Below, piece by piece: positions 26,631 through 41,015 of a stretch of DNA of 64,000 nt (positions are counted from its first letter, which is position 1; every line of letters begins with the position of its first letter). A model generated the notes under the pieces. The model had not been told where the DNA came from, did not search any database, and was given only the letters and a program-made list of their open reading frames with translations. Origin of the DNA: Octopus vulgaris (Eukaryota); contig OX597827.1 of assembly GCA_951406725.2 (NCBI GenBank), forward strand, positions 83,824,001-83,888,000. The letters are read 5' to 3'. A program made the position numbers and the translations under genes.

Positions 26631-27841
26631 TTTCATCAACGCCTGATTTTCGTAGCAAGGACACTAAGAGGATTAGGTGGCATTCATGCTTCACCGAAGC
26701 ACATTATTGGCTTAAGTTAAATAACCTACAATAGGTCATGGTGGCTGGCAAGGAGCTGGTATCTCCACGACGGGGGTTCGAATCCACAACTTGCGCTCAA
26801 CTGCAATTATTTATTATTTTGGAAGTGAAGTAAGAAACGGGTGGAAACGGGATGAAACTGCGAAAGGACTGCAAATGGTTGCTGTCGTTGGTGTTGGTGT
26901 TGTTGTTAGTGGTGATGATGGTGGGAGGGAAGTGTCGTTGTCGTTGGTGGTGGTGGTGTATTGTGAAATGTTAATGAGTTTCAAACACTGAGAAATGGAA
27001 TAATTGGTTTGCTTTGTTTGGTCCTCCCCTCCCCAGCCTCTACCTCTCCTCGTAGCTCCTCCTCTTCCTCTCCCTCAACTGCCAGTAATTAGAAAAATAT
27101 GACAGAACATATTTTGGTAGAACAGAGGAAGGGTGGAGTTGTGGTGTGCGGGGTGGGGGCCACCACTGGAATGGTTGGTGTGAAACGACAACTCATTCTC
27201 AGATCTCTGGCACCAACTACAATCACCTCTAACCACCACCACCACCACCACCACCACCAATAATAATAGTAATAATAACAGCAAAACACCCACCCACGGA
27301 GACGACAACCACCACCACCACCACCACCACCACGACCACCACCACCACCACCACGACAATTCCTGTCGCCAGCACCACCAGCATCAGCACCATCACCATA
27401 AACATCTAGCCACCGACCTCGCCACAAGGAACGTCAGTGATCAATTCCAACCTCTAATTCGATTGATCGATTGGTGTTGTTGATTTTTGGTTGTTATACT
27501 TCAACAGCTGTGTGTGAGTGTATTCCTGTAAAGATACACGTGTGTGTGTGTGTGTGTGTGACTGAATCTATGTGCGCATGTTCGTGTATGTATATGTGCA
27601 AGTATGAGTATGGCGTGTGTGTGTGCGTGTGTGTGCATGTGTTTATGAATGTGCGTGTATACCTTATATATGTATGTTTGCCAATATGTAATTATGTGAG
27701 TAAAAAGTTTGTGGTTCGCTCCCAGCACGGGGCTTTGCTCTATTTTAACGTTTGAAGGTTAGTTTACAAAATATACACCCGATTTGTATAACTCTGGGTG
27801 CTAAACATACTTCACACGCGCGCGCACACACATGTATACAT

Positions 27842-27909
<68 letters not shown>

Positions 27910-28343
27910 AGTTTATATGTATGTATATATATATATTAAATATACTATATATTTATTAAATATAGAATATATATATATATATATATTCTATATTTAATAA
28001 ATATATATTATATTTATATATATATTAAATATAATATATATTTATTAAATATAAATATATATATATATATTAAATATAATATATATTTATAAATATAGAA
28101 TATATATATATATATAAAGTATATATATAAGGCGGTCCTCCAGCATGGCTGCAGTTAAATGACGGAAACAAGTAAAAGTAAAAGAGTATATATCTTTATA
28201 TATATATATACATACATACATACATATAAATCTTATAGGTTTCGGCCATGTCTAACTGAACAGCACCACATAGTTCTAAATGATCTAAGAGTCCATCAGG
28301 CCTCTCGCCTGCACAGTGCTGCCATCCTGGCAATATGCACACG

Positions 28344-28390
<47 letters not shown>

Positions 28391-28688
28391 ACGCACACAC
28401 ACAGACACACACACGAAAATACACACACATACACACACACGTTTGTATGTATGTAATGTATGTATGTATCGAAAACGTATCTTGTTGTGAAATGCTCGAA
28501 ATACGAAGTAGAAAAACAGCCAACAACTGATGAAGGGTCGTTTATTTCGTGTTGCTTGTCTTGTTTTCCGTTTGTTTCTTTCGTTGTTCGCAAAAAAAGT
28601 TCGTATTCCATGTTGTCGTATTTCGTATTTCATGTCGTATTTTATGTTTACGTTCCGTGGTGTCCTTTGCCCAAATATGCATGTATTT

Positions 28689-29181
<493 letters not shown>

Positions 29182-29354
29182 CAAAGAGAGTTAGAAGTTG
29201 TGAATCCAACCAACCAAGGGATAGTATCTATCCAATATACTGGTGGTAGAATATGCAATTATTAATGCACAGGTGTTTAAAATAAATAAATAGACATTAT
29301 AATGTCTAGCAGTTGATGGATACCACCTCTGGATCCCCCCATTTTCTTCTTGCC

Positions 29355-29411
<57 letters not shown>

Positions 29412-29612
29412 CATACATACATACATACATACATGTTTTACTGAAATTAGGTCTTCTTCCAAAGATGGTATAGAAACGCCTTGTGGCAATTGTGTCCAAT
29501 TCCGAATAGGTAGGGGAGATAATCTCAAGAATATAAAAGTGTCCGGAATTATCGCATTAAGAAGAAGACAGACATGAATATGTGTTTCGGCTCAATGGTG
29601 TTGCTTTGTTTT

Positions 29613-29661
<49 letters not shown>

Positions 29662-29999
29662 GATATATCAATATATGCATATACACACCCATACCTCTAC
29701 AAGAACCCTTCTCCGTGGTTGCTCGACTTTCTAGAAATAACAAAGTCTGCCAAAGGTATAATGTTATTCATGTATAGACTTTAAGTGGAAATGGTTCCGA
29801 CTGGAACGTCATTGATCATACATCTTCTCGAGGAGGCCTGACCTAGGGTTAAGCAACAACAACAACAACATATATGGCGGTATCATTCTTCTTTCTTCTC
29901 GCCCCTTATTGTTTTTTTATTAATTGATAACCGTTTGACGACGACAACGATGATCATAACAACAGCAAAAACAATACTACTACTAATACTACTAATCAA

Positions 30000-30085
30000 T
30001 AGAGTAGAACTGGTAGGAAAGGTTTGCCTCCTTGGAACGGACAGAACAATCAGGAAAATATTAGATAGCCAACAAAACCTGTCAT
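30000..30085 (+). mobile_element. Short R4/Dong-type LINE 3' end
   Basis: Translates as ELVGKVCLLGTDRTIRKILD, resembling the R4 C-terminal LLGT.RILRK.L motif. Followed by (GAT)n/(GAA)n. Confidence 0.5.
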
Positions 30086-30249
30086 GATGATGATGATGAT
30101 GAAGGAGAAGGAGGAGAAGAAGATGAAGAAGAAGGAGGAGGAGAAGAAGAAGAAGAAGAAGAAGAAGAAGAAGGAGGAGAAGAAGAAGAAGAAGAGAGGT
30201 GAAAAGGACAGATAGCATGGTAGTGTAGGCTGCAGGCAACAAGCCCGCT

Positions 30250-32345
30250 ATGCATGCAAAACTCCAGGAGTATCAACAAAACCTGAGTTAAAAAACGAAA
30301 TAACAATTCAATATCATTTTGAAATCTTTGAAGGAGCGTCATTGTCTCCTTTGTTATTCTGCTTAGCACTGTTTCCTCTAATGAAACAAATTCTGGATAC
30401 AAGGTATATGGAGAAGTAGTTAATCATCTTCTCTTTATGGATTACGTGAAGCTGTTAGCAAAAAAATATATATATAGTCAAGAGCTGCAAGCACTCCTAC
30501 CCACAGTCAAACAATTTAGGGATGACATCAAAATGGAATTTGAGCTTGACAAATGCTCCAAAGCTACATTTACCAAGGGAAAAACTGTCAGACACGTGCA
30601 ACATCACTCTGGAGAGAGAATTGGAGATAAAAGAATTAGAACCTCAGGACAACTATAAGTATCTAGGAGTATGTGAGGAAGATGGGTTTACGCACTCACT
30701 AATCTCTCTCTATATAAAGCTGAAGTTGTCTGTGTATGGCAGGTTTGGTAGCCTTCAACTAACACTATCTCCTCCGAGACCCTGCGGCGCAAGTTGACCA
30801 AAATTGAGAGTATGATGGAAGAAGGCTTGCTCTGCCTTCCGTAGGAGAAAAAATTCAAATCGGACCATGTTAAGACCAAGAATTATTTACATCAAAAAGG
30901 TGCTTTTTTCTATGAAAATCCCTATTTTTTACGATATTTTGACTGCTGTGTCGCCATTTTTCGGTGTATTTCAACCAGAAAAATGTTCTCTTAAAAAGAA
31001 TAACAAGCTACATAATGCAAAATTTTTACTTTTCAAAAATTCCAATTCTAAAGGGTCGAAACAAACCCGAGCAACGCCGGGCGATACTGCTAGTTAGAGA
31101 AAAGGTAAGGAAGAAGTGCTATCGAAGATTAAGAACCATTCTGAAAACCGAGTTGAATGCTAGAAACAAGATCGAGGCCATGCCCGCAGTCATATATAGC
31201 TTATATATTGCAGTCACCTCCAAAGCAGCCACAGATCGGATATATGTCTCGAGAAAAGAAAATTGCCTCCATGGGACTTTCTGCCTACCTGCAACAAGTG
31301 AGTGATTGGATGTTAAATCTGATTCTGAAACATGAAGATACCAAAAAGTAGCAGTTACTGGCGAAAAACGCAAAAATATGTCGTCGAGAAAGGCAACAAG
31401 AAGAATCAGTACAAGAAGAAAATATGTCCCCAACTGACAAAGCAAAGCAAATAAAAACTTTAGTCAAACAAAAGAGATGAGAGCAAAGGTCACTGTACGA
31501 CAAATATCATCAGGGACTCTGATGTAGACCAAACCCTTACACATCAGTCTTACTAGAAAGTGCCCCAGTCTCAAACTAGTAAGTGAAGGGTATATCATTG
31601 CTTGTCGAGACCAGTTCCTTCTAGCTAGGAATCACCAGAGTGATGTCCTGAAACACGGGAGCAGGCAATGGTGCCGCATTTGCGTTGAACATGCAGAGAC
31701 AATCGACTACATAATCTCTGGATGCTGCAGACTGGCACCAACGACAGAGTACTTGCAAAGAGGTAACAGGGCAGCTCAGTCCATACATTGTTCAGTGTAG
31801 TACTTCACTGAATCTCCCTCACAAAAACAATTAGTGGGAACACAATCCACCCCAGGTTGGTCAGAATACCGAGGTTACCATCTTTTGGAATTTCAGTTTT
31901 CAGACTGATCGGAAAATACAGGCGACCAGATCAGATCATATTGAAAAGATTTGCCTTCTGATCGATGTTGCAGCCCTGGAAACGTTTGGAAAACGGAACA
32001 AGTATAAGGAACTGGAGATTGAAAGCAGTGGAACGTGGCAACTCTAAACAACATTACCTATTATTATTGGGTCACTTGGAATGAGTAAACAAAGAGGCTG
32101 ACGAAATCCCTGAGAGCCCCAAAATAAGCGAATTGCAGAAGATCATACTTATGATCACCTCACAAATTCTATGGGAATTCCTCTCTGTGGAAATGCAATC
32201 TCACTCATTCTGTTTTGTCTTTTCTCTCTCTCACAGACGTTAGTGTTTTCAGTTGCATTGCACCTCAGCTGTTGGCATCTTTCGATGCAAAATCTTGTCC
32301 CTTGACGTCTCTGGTAGAGACTTGGATGCATTCGTTATAACCAGC
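30250..32345 (+). mobile_element. Degraded R4/Dong-clade LINE (RT, CCHC finger, REL)
   Basis: IFEGASLSPLLFCLAL, LLFMDYVKLLA, MEFELDKC, YKYLGV, ILKTELNARNKIEA, CRICVEHAETIDYIISGC and PIIIGSLG appear in the expected order, with stops and frameshifts. Confidence 0.88.
30703..31093 (+). mobile_element. Non-autonomous Helitron (391 bp) inserted in the R4 element
   Basis: Starts TC(tctctctatataaag). Ends with hairpin CCCG-agcaacgc-CGGG, then CTAG. Inserted between A and T; removing it restores the R4 frame HSL-I-REKVRK. Confidence 0.88.
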
Positions 32346-32358
32346 AATAGCAGCAGGG

Positions 32359-32395
<37 letters not shown>

Positions 32396-34029
32396 CAGTA
32401 GTAGTAGTAGTAATGCTATTCTAGAAGTGAAGCTTACTATTCTGTTTCACCTTTTGGTTTATCAAAAAATAATTTGTAACCCCATCATCACTTGCACCAT
32501 CACCAGCATCATCATCATGGTTATCATCATTATCTAACAACAGTATCGTGAACGTTATCCTCACGGTCGACTCCGCCACCAGCTGCCTCCCCCGACCCAC
32601 ATTCTCCTCTTCCTCCCCCTCCTCTGCAACGCCATCCACCACTGATGTTTGCAATGTGTCGAGCGGCACGTAGACTCCAAAACAGTATTAATGATGGCTA
32701 AGTGATTGCTTTCCTTGGTGGTCACACGGTCACCATTATGACAGCAGTTAAAGGACTTCGTGAGATGGAAACGGGGTGGACAGTTAGTGCACACACACAC
32801 GCACACACACACGCGTACACACACACACACGTACACACCTCTTTTACATCTCACAATTATTTGGTTTATTGATTTTTTTAATGTTTATCAGGTTTTAGAG
32901 TATCAGGCAATGTGTATGTATGTGTGTATGAGTATATGCATGTATATGTATGTGTGTATATTGTACGTGTGTGTATGTGTATGCACTTAGAGTATGTTTG
33001 TGTGTGCATATGTTTATGTATGTATGTAATGTAAATATGTATGAGTGTATATATATATATATATAATCAAATTTAGGTGCACAAATACACATATTTAATG
33101 GACATAAGTACATTATACATCTATCCACACACACACGCACACACACACGCACACACACGCGCGCGCGCACACAAACACACACATTGATATGTGGACATAT
33201 GTTACGTATATGCATTTTAAGTAAGAATATTTTAATTAAGAACATACATTCGTGTCCACACACACACACGCACAAATTTACATACAGATAATCTTTAGAG
33301 TCGATTATAGGACATTTTCAAATCAGGAGTCCAGAGTTCGCGCTCAGCTATTGGCAGTTATCATTCCAAGAAGGCCTGCTGTAACCGCGTGTAATTTTTT
33401 TTTTGAGGGTGGTAGTTAGAGTCACCCTAGGTGGCGCTGATGATACTTATGTTACCTAGCATACATCTAATAAATACTCTTCAAGAATCTCTTACCCAGA
33501 AAGGTTAACAGGAGGGATACAGGTTCAATCCCAGATGGCTCAGACGCACAGTTCTTCTCCACGTACTGAAGTACCGCTAATTCATTATGTCAACCAGGAC
33601 ATATACGTATGTGTATATATATGTGTATATATGTGTCTATGTTTGTTCATATATCTGTAAAACGGTGGGTCCATTGACGGCCCTCAAATAAGAACTGAAT
33701 TCGTTATGATCGGCTAAACGTACAGAAGGTCGTGCTCTAGCATGGCCGTATTCCAGTCAGTGAAACCACTAAAACAAGACAAAACACACACACACACACA
33801 CACACAGACCAATATTATTGCTTGCCTCACTTTTGTTTGACATCTGATAGAATCGAACCCCAGTACTCTACATATCAAACGTCATCGAATGGCAACAATA
33901 CCAATGCTTTAGCCTTCATAGGAATTAATGCCACACAACACCATATTCTCCTACACAACACAGCCCCAAACAATACGAAAATGCGATATCACATGACATG
34001 AAAACCAACACGAAATCCATCATGATCTT

Positions 34030-34092
<63 letters not shown>

Positions 34093-34120
34093 TACATACA
34101 TATAAGTATACATACTTACG

Positions 34121-34152
<32 letters not shown>

Positions 34153-34200
34153 TCATAAGTACACGTTCATACATACATATACACACAGTATGTGTGAATG

Positions 34201-34233
<33 letters not shown>

Positions 34234-34383
34234 ATGAGTCTGTATGTCCATGTGTGTAATGAAGTAAATGGAAGGAAATCAGTTTCGTCAGAACTGAGGT
34301 GAAGATTGAAAACCTGATAAAGTCTCTTTGAAGTAAGATGAAGTGTGTACGTGTGTACAGGTATGTGTGTGTACATATATATT

Positions 34384-34421
<38 letters not shown>

Positions 34422-34444
34422 CATGTGCACATACATACTTACAT

Positions 34445-34489
<45 letters not shown>

Positions 34490-34528
34490 ATACATGCATA
34501 TACGTAATACATAATACATAAAATACAA

Positions 34529-34562
<34 letters not shown>

Positions 34563-34790
34563 AAGAAAAAGAAGGAAAGTGTAAAAAGCCCCAAAAAGAC
34601 TTCTTTACTCCAGAAGTCTCTCTGTATTTTCTCTCTCTCTCTCTCTCTCTCTCTCACCCCACACCCACCCACACATACACGCACAAATCGACTTAAATAA
34701 GATCAACAGTTTACGTATGTACGTGTGTATGTATAAGGTATGTATAAATAGACAAATATATATACATACAAACAGTGAGTAGCGCATACA

Positions 34791-34898
<108 letters not shown>

Positions 34899-35449
34899 TA
34901 TATACAAACATACACACACACACATATATATATATATATACATATATATATATGTGTGTTTATATATATATATATATATAGTATGTACATTAAAGCAGTC
35001 ACCCATATACGTTAATCACTTATTTAATTACCATTAATTTAATTACCAATCAATAGTAAAAGTCATATAAATCTAATTAAGAGTGCTTAGAGTGCTAAAA
35101 CACACACATCCCTGCATACACACACACGCATGTACACACACAATACATACATGTATGCATGTATATAGATATGTGCGTTTATATACATACATATACACCC
35201 ACATATATAAATATATATATATGTATGTATGTCTGAATGTAAACGCATACATGTAATCACAGACGTTTGGCTGTCGAAACGGCAGAAAGAGTCGTCTGTT
35301 AGAGAAAAGTTCATTTCCAGCTTGGCAGCCAATGATTCAGTCTGACTCCACTCGGAGTTTGTGGCTGTTTACTCCTCCATCACTGAATGAGAAATAAATA
35401 TGGCGTACAATGATGGTACATAACGAGAAACTCACTCATTGGACACACG

Positions 35450-35502
<53 letters not shown>

Positions 35503-35505
<3 letters not shown>

Positions 35506-35660
35506 ATGGCCGTCCACTGATGACCGAGGAAGACCATTGCCGACCTTCAGGAACATTGTGCGCTCTAGGACTAACTTATATTTTGCAGTTGGTGGCTAAT
35601 GAGCCCTGCTCTTGACAAGCATACACGACTGCAAACATTGCAGCCCAAGCTTTCCCCATT
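35503..35660 (-). mobile_element. RTE-type LINE extreme 3' end with C-terminal zinc finger
   Basis: Minus strand encodes CNVCSRVCLSRAGLISHQ, followed by a short 3' UTR. Confidence 0.65.
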
Positions 35661-35699
35661 CACTATACGCGCACATACATACATACATACATACATACA

Positions 35700-35730
<31 letters not shown>

Positions 35731-36009
35731 TAATGTTTCGTTTGGGAATATGCAATATTAATAGCTTTATTCTTCAGAATAAAGCATTAGTCGAATACAG
35801 ATCATTTAATAAATGAACAGGAATGTTCACTTGAAGCTGACTGGGCGATGCATTCAGACGCGAGTGCTTGTGCATCACCTTATAGCTTCCTCGGAGCTTC
35901 TAAAATGTTCTGCATCTTATAATGGTATTTATTCCGTAATTCCTGTTCTCTGCCATTTGTAGAGACACGTGCATATTTGCAAGATGGCAACGTTGTTCTG
36001 GTGAGTAGT

Positions 36010-36680
36010 TGTATAGATTCTGATTCATTCAGAAACAGAAGTAAGGATAACTTGATACTCCCCTGGAAAACTTTCGTTCTCGGTCGTCTGGATAACTGTT
36101 CCCAACTGTGATCTTCGCTGGACGTCGAAGTGGCGTCGGAACTTGAGGCAATCGAACACCACTACACAAAGAAGATTGACTCGGTGAAACAAATGAGTCC
36201 TGGGAAAGGCTAAAAGAACTGAAGCTCGACTCCCTGGAGAGAAGGCGTGAAAGATATGTAGTGATATACGTATGGAAGATCCTGGAAGTTCCAGCTCTCA
36301 ACTTTAGAACTGAAAGCTATGTCAACCGCCGAACTGGAGGACAGCACTGCGTATCATGAAAGATCCCGTCTTTCACGAAAAGAATAAGGACCCAGTACTG
36401 CAACAGTCTGGATTTTAAGGGTCTATATAGCTCTTCAATATTTAGCCAAACAACCATAGATATTTGCGAGGTGTAGATGTGGAGGTCTTCCAAGAGCGTC
36501 TTGACAGATATTTTATCTGACACACCGGATGAACCCGCGTCGTGACAGGAGGCACAAAGAAGAGCAGCTCCGCACAACTCGTTGCTTCATCAAAAAAACA
36601 GTGCAGAAAGGAAAAGGAAATCCAAACACACCGAAAGGCGGAGCTCCAGCATGGCCCCAGCCTCTGGCCGAAACAGTAAA
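36010..36680 (+). mobile_element. CR1-clade LINE 3' end (family of 10266-10826)
   Basis: FRNRSKDNLILPWKTFVLGRLDNCSQL and WERLKELKLDSLE..RRERYVVIYVWKILE. 3' tail ggcggagctccagcatggccccagcctctggccgaaacag. Confidence 0.85.
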
Positions 36681-36788
36681 TCATAAAATATATACATAGA
36701 TACGTATATATAAATACACACGATATTACACACACACACATATATATATGCATGTATAAATATGCATACATGTGTACACATACACACA

Positions 36789-36844
<56 letters not shown>

Positions 36845-36879
36845 AATATATGCACATGTTATATATATATAATTTTATT

Positions 36880-37035
36880 CTTTTTCTTGTCTCAGTCATT
36901 TGACTGCGGCCCCAGGGCTTATTCTATCCTAATATTTATTCTATCGGTCTCTTGCCGAACCGCTATATTACGGGGGCGTAAACACACGAACATCGGTTAT
37001 TAGGCGATGGTAGTGGGGGAAAACACAGGCACAAA
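36880..37035 (-). mobile_element. SINE family A 3' part
   Basis: cagtcatttgactgcggcc...ttctatcggtctcttgccgaaccgcta...aacatcggtt. Confidence 0.8.
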
Positions 37036-37296
37036 CATGCGCATGTATATATATATAATAATTTTTTGCGTAATGAGATAAAAAACCAAACCTGTGTAGA
37101 TATTAGAACATTACAGCTGTTACCAGGATATTTATTAATTATATCCCTTCATCGGAGACGGTGTGAGAGGATGGTTAAGTAATAATTAATTTAGATGGGA
37201 TACAAAATAGAGAGTGAGGTGGAAGAAAGAAAATAGATGTGAGATATGTTAGGATATTGAAATTGTAGATCCATTTTTTAGGCAGAATGGTATATA

Positions 37297-37452
37297 TGTA
37301 AGATTCCAACACCTTATGAGAAAAATCCAACAGCATTTAAAATTGTTCATTCCAAATATAGAGTTTATACACAATGTAAGATTCCAATACCTTATGAGTA
37401 AGATCCAACGGTATTTAAAATTGGTCATTCCAAGTACAGAATTTATACACAG
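37297..37452. repeat. 78-bp tandem duplication (2 units)
   Basis: tgtaagattccaa.accttatgag...tttatacaca starts at 37297 and again at 37375. Confidence 0.85.
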
Positions 37453-37603
37453 TGTTGTAGAGTCAAAGGTTTTTATTTTGAGTGACCTAAAACTAGGGAG
37501 TGTATTAGTCGGGTTAAATCGAAAACAGGAAGAGGGGAATAAAGAAAATATATATATTTATACACATACATACACACACACACATGCATGTAAGTATGCA
37601 TGC

Positions 37604-37636
<33 letters not shown>

Positions 37637-37646
37637 TGTATGTATG

Positions 37647-37684
<38 letters not shown>

Positions 37685-37686
<2 letters not shown>

Positions 37687-37860
37687 TTGGGGAGAATTCA
37701 TGAAGAAAACAAAAGACGAAGAACAGGTGGTGTAGACAACAAACAGATGTATTAGCTTAAAGCTTGGGAAGTGAAAAAGTCTTTAACATTTCGAGCCTAT
37801 GCTCTTCCACAGAAAGGAACACAGAAAAAAACAAGGAGAGAAAATAAAGAATGTGTACTG
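37685..37860 (-). mobile_element. Penelope-type pLTR fragment with minimal hammerhead motif
   Basis: Minus strand reads CTTT-CTGTGGA-A-GAGC-atag-GCTC-GAAATGTT-AAAG (37781-37816), including stem I CTTT/AAAG. Confidence 0.55.
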
Positions 37861-37994
37861 GGTGTATATATGTATATATAAATATTTAATTAGAGGGTTT
37901 GTTAATCTCATGAAGGGATGACCAATTGCTGTTAATAATAAGCAATTATTAACTTTCTAATCTCCATTTTCTTTTCTTCTTTTAAATGGATATA

Positions 37995-38037
<43 letters not shown>

Positions 38038-38063
38038 AGCTTAAATATATGTATGCATATATA

Positions 38064-38128
<65 letters not shown>

Positions 38129-38250
38129 ATAATAATAATAATATTATTATCATTGAGATTTTTTAGCAGAAGCAAGAGAATGACTCAAGGTCCGAGAGTT
38201 TCGTGTGTTGGCATTTATCGTTTATTTTGAGCTCTATTTTCCCTGTTTGC

Positions 38251-38304
38251 ATCACGATACCTATGGTACTATAGTACTAGATGTGTCGAAACAATTGTCG
38301 TGAT
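38251..38304 (+). ncRNA. Type I hammerhead scaffold lacking the CUGANGA box
   Basis: ATCAC | GATAC...GTGTC-GAAAC-AATT-GTC-GTGAT: stems I, II and III and a GUC triplet are present. Confidence 0.4.
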
Positions 38305-38372
38305 TAATAATACTCGTATATTCCATCTTCTGCCTTTCATTTGCTTTATATAAATATATAAATATATAAATA

Positions 38373-38489
38373 TTTAATGGGGGAGGCTGGTTTATGTGAT
38401 TACCCTGCGTTTGCCGTCGTCCATAAAGGTTTTAGCTTTATGGACGGGAAACCCAGGGTAATCCCATGAACCGGCCTTCGCCATTAAAA
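38373..38489. repeat. Imperfect fold-back hairpin (about 55-bp stem, 7-nt loop)
   Basis: tttaatgggggaggctggtttatgtgattaccctgcgtttgccgtcgtccataaag pairs with ctttatggacgggaaacccagggtaatcccatgaaccggccttcgccattaaa. Confidence 0.9.
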
Positions 38490-38689
38490 TGTAAACTGGT
38501 CTACATCTTAGAGTGTGCTGCTCCGGATTTATGTTTTCTACAAACGATATATATATATTAATCAGCCGAAATTGCGAAGATGATCCGGTTCTTGACTGAA
38601 GATTGAAGGCTTCGAATGTCCCGTCCGTGTTTTTTGTGTCGTCTTCTAAATGTTTCACGTTCTTGTCCCAGTTTGTATTTTTTTACTTT

Positions 38690-38744
<55 letters not shown>

Positions 38745-38756
38745 CACACATATTTA

Positions 38757-39044
38757 TTCTTTTATTCTTATACTTGTTCCAGTCATTTGACTGCGGCCAT
38801 GCTGAAGCACCGTCTTTAGTCGAACAATACTACTCCAGGACTTATTCCTTGTAAGCCTAGTACTTATTCTATCTGCCTCTTTTGCCGAATCGTTAAGTTA
38901 CAGAGCCGTAAACGCACCAACATCGGTTGTCAAGCAATGGTGGGGGTGACAAACACTAACACACACACATATACACATATGACGCGCTTCTTTCAGTTTC
39001 CATCTACCAAATCCACTAACAAGGCTTTGTCGGTCCGAGGCTAT
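38757..39044 (-). mobile_element. SINE family A, 5'-truncated
   Basis: ttccagtcatttgactgcggccatgctgaagcaccg...ttcagtttccatctaccaaatccact. Confidence 0.85.
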
Positions 39045-39324
39045 ATATAATTTATATATATATATATATATACATTCATTCATTCACGCACACACACACA
39101 AACACACGTGTATATATACCTCAGTATATATACACATAAGCATACAAATATGCATGTATAACTGTGTGTGCGCGTGTGTGGAGGCTCGGTTCCTTCACTC
39201 ACTTATCCGTTATTGATATATATTTATTAACGATGTAAATATCAAATGTATTTTGTTGTTAAACAAATGCGGTGGGGAAGTGTCTGACAATATATTCCAC
39301 AAATATTTGGGTCTGGATTAAAGC

Positions 39325-39522
39325 GACTAGCTGGCAGAATCCTTAGCATGCCGCACAAACTGCTTTGCTGCATTTCGCCCCACTTTACGTTCTAAGTTCA
39401 AATTCTGTCGAGGGCAACTTTACATTTAGGGGTCGATAAAATAAGTAGCAGCTGAACACTGAGGTCGTTGTAATCGACTTAGCACCTTCCCCGAAATTGC
39501 TGGTCATGTGCCAAAATTTGTG
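39325..39522 (+). mobile_element. SINE family B
   Basis: agctggcagaatccttagcatgccg...cgttctaagttcaaattctgtcgagg...ggggtcgataaaataagta. Confidence 0.8.
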
Positions 39523-39831
39523 GGGAGAGCTGGGTATTGGTGTTGTGTTAAGGTGGGGCTACACTGGCTGTAGGGATCAGCTGTTAATCTGTATTCTATA
39601 TCATATGTGTAGATCGTGTGTAGAGATCCTTAAGTGCATTGTTATACCCGGGGTAGAGGTGGTGATCTATAATGGTGTTGTGTATTTACCAGTTGGGATG
39701 ACCATTGGTCAAGACAACAATAAAGTGCCCGATCGGTGTCCACTAATCCGCTGACATCTGTCAGAACAATCTTGTCTGTCATTTGTCCACAGATATCGAT
39801 CTAGGCAAATTGATCGTCAGATCAGTGATCA

Positions 39832-40030
39832 ATATTGGTTTCAAATTTTGGCACAAGGCCAACAGTTTCGGTGGGTGGTGGCTAAGTCGATCACATCGAC
39901 CCCAAAATTCAACTGGTACTTATTTTATCGGCCCCGAAAGGATGAAGGGCAAAGTCGACCTTGGCAGAATTTGAACTCGGAGCGTAAAAACGGACGAAAT
40001 GCTGCAAAGCATTTTGTTCGGCGAGCTAAA
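39832..40030 (-). mobile_element. SINE family B
   Basis: ggtacttattttatcggccccgaaaggatgaagggcaaagtcgaccttggcagaatttgaactc. Confidence 0.82.
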
Positions 40031-40795
40031 GATCAGAGATCAATATTGAAATCCTGTTATGGTAGAGAATGTCAGGTAAAGGGAGGAGTTACTTAATAAC
40101 ATAATTTATGCGGGGAGGGAAGACAGGTTAATCAATATTATATTCACAATTAAAGCAACGGAGATATTAATTAATTAAGAAGTTAGCAAAATGATGAAGC
40201 AATTTTCGACATTTGTAGTGAAATGGTTAAGAAGTTCATATTGCAGCTGAGTGGAGAGAAACTGTACGGAAGTCTACCGGATGGATTGTACCCGTAATTG
40301 AAAAAGGGGTCTCACACTGCCAGCTCGATTACTTTCACCTGTCTGTCGTTTATATGTTAACTGACGGACAGAAACTGAGTTGATCCAAAACGAAATCTTC
40401 GTCGTTGAACGACGGAGATTCACCTATACACTCTCTTTAATATTTTAGTGATTCTGATAAGCAACAAAAGGACTCAATACGTTCTGTAGAGTGGAATCTA
40501 TTTTACATATTGGTTTGACTGGGACTACGGAGTGCCGTCTTTTCTGGTTTATTTACCTCAAACATGTTGAATAAAGAGAAAATTAATGGTTCACGCAACG
40601 CAGCATCGCTTTTAAAAGTGTGTGTGTAAAAAGCAGCTATATATTTGTATGTATGCGTATGTATGTATGTGTCCTTGTGTGTGTGTGTGTGTGTGTGTGA
40701 TGTCTTTGAAATTTAAAAAAGTTCTTTATAGAATCCAAATTCAGACATTTTTCATTTGAGGATGAAATATTTGCCAATATGAGGTGAAGTCTATA

Positions 40796-40862
<67 letters not shown>

Positions 40863-40965
40863 TCATCCATCCATACACACATATATATTGAGAGAGAGAG
40901 AGAGAGAGAGAGAGATACATCACACAAACATATACAGACATACATTAATAACTGTAATAATAATG

Positions 40966-41015
<50 letters not shown>

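Noticed and set aside
26735-26805. tRNA gene (GGTTCGAATCC B box)
   Set aside because: No cloverleaf can be built; probably a decayed SINE head. The same applies to 18960-19025 and about 33500-33560.
37316-37735. ORF with a 26-aa repeat
   Set aside because: Explained by a 78-bp tandem duplication running into microsatellite; no recognisable protein.
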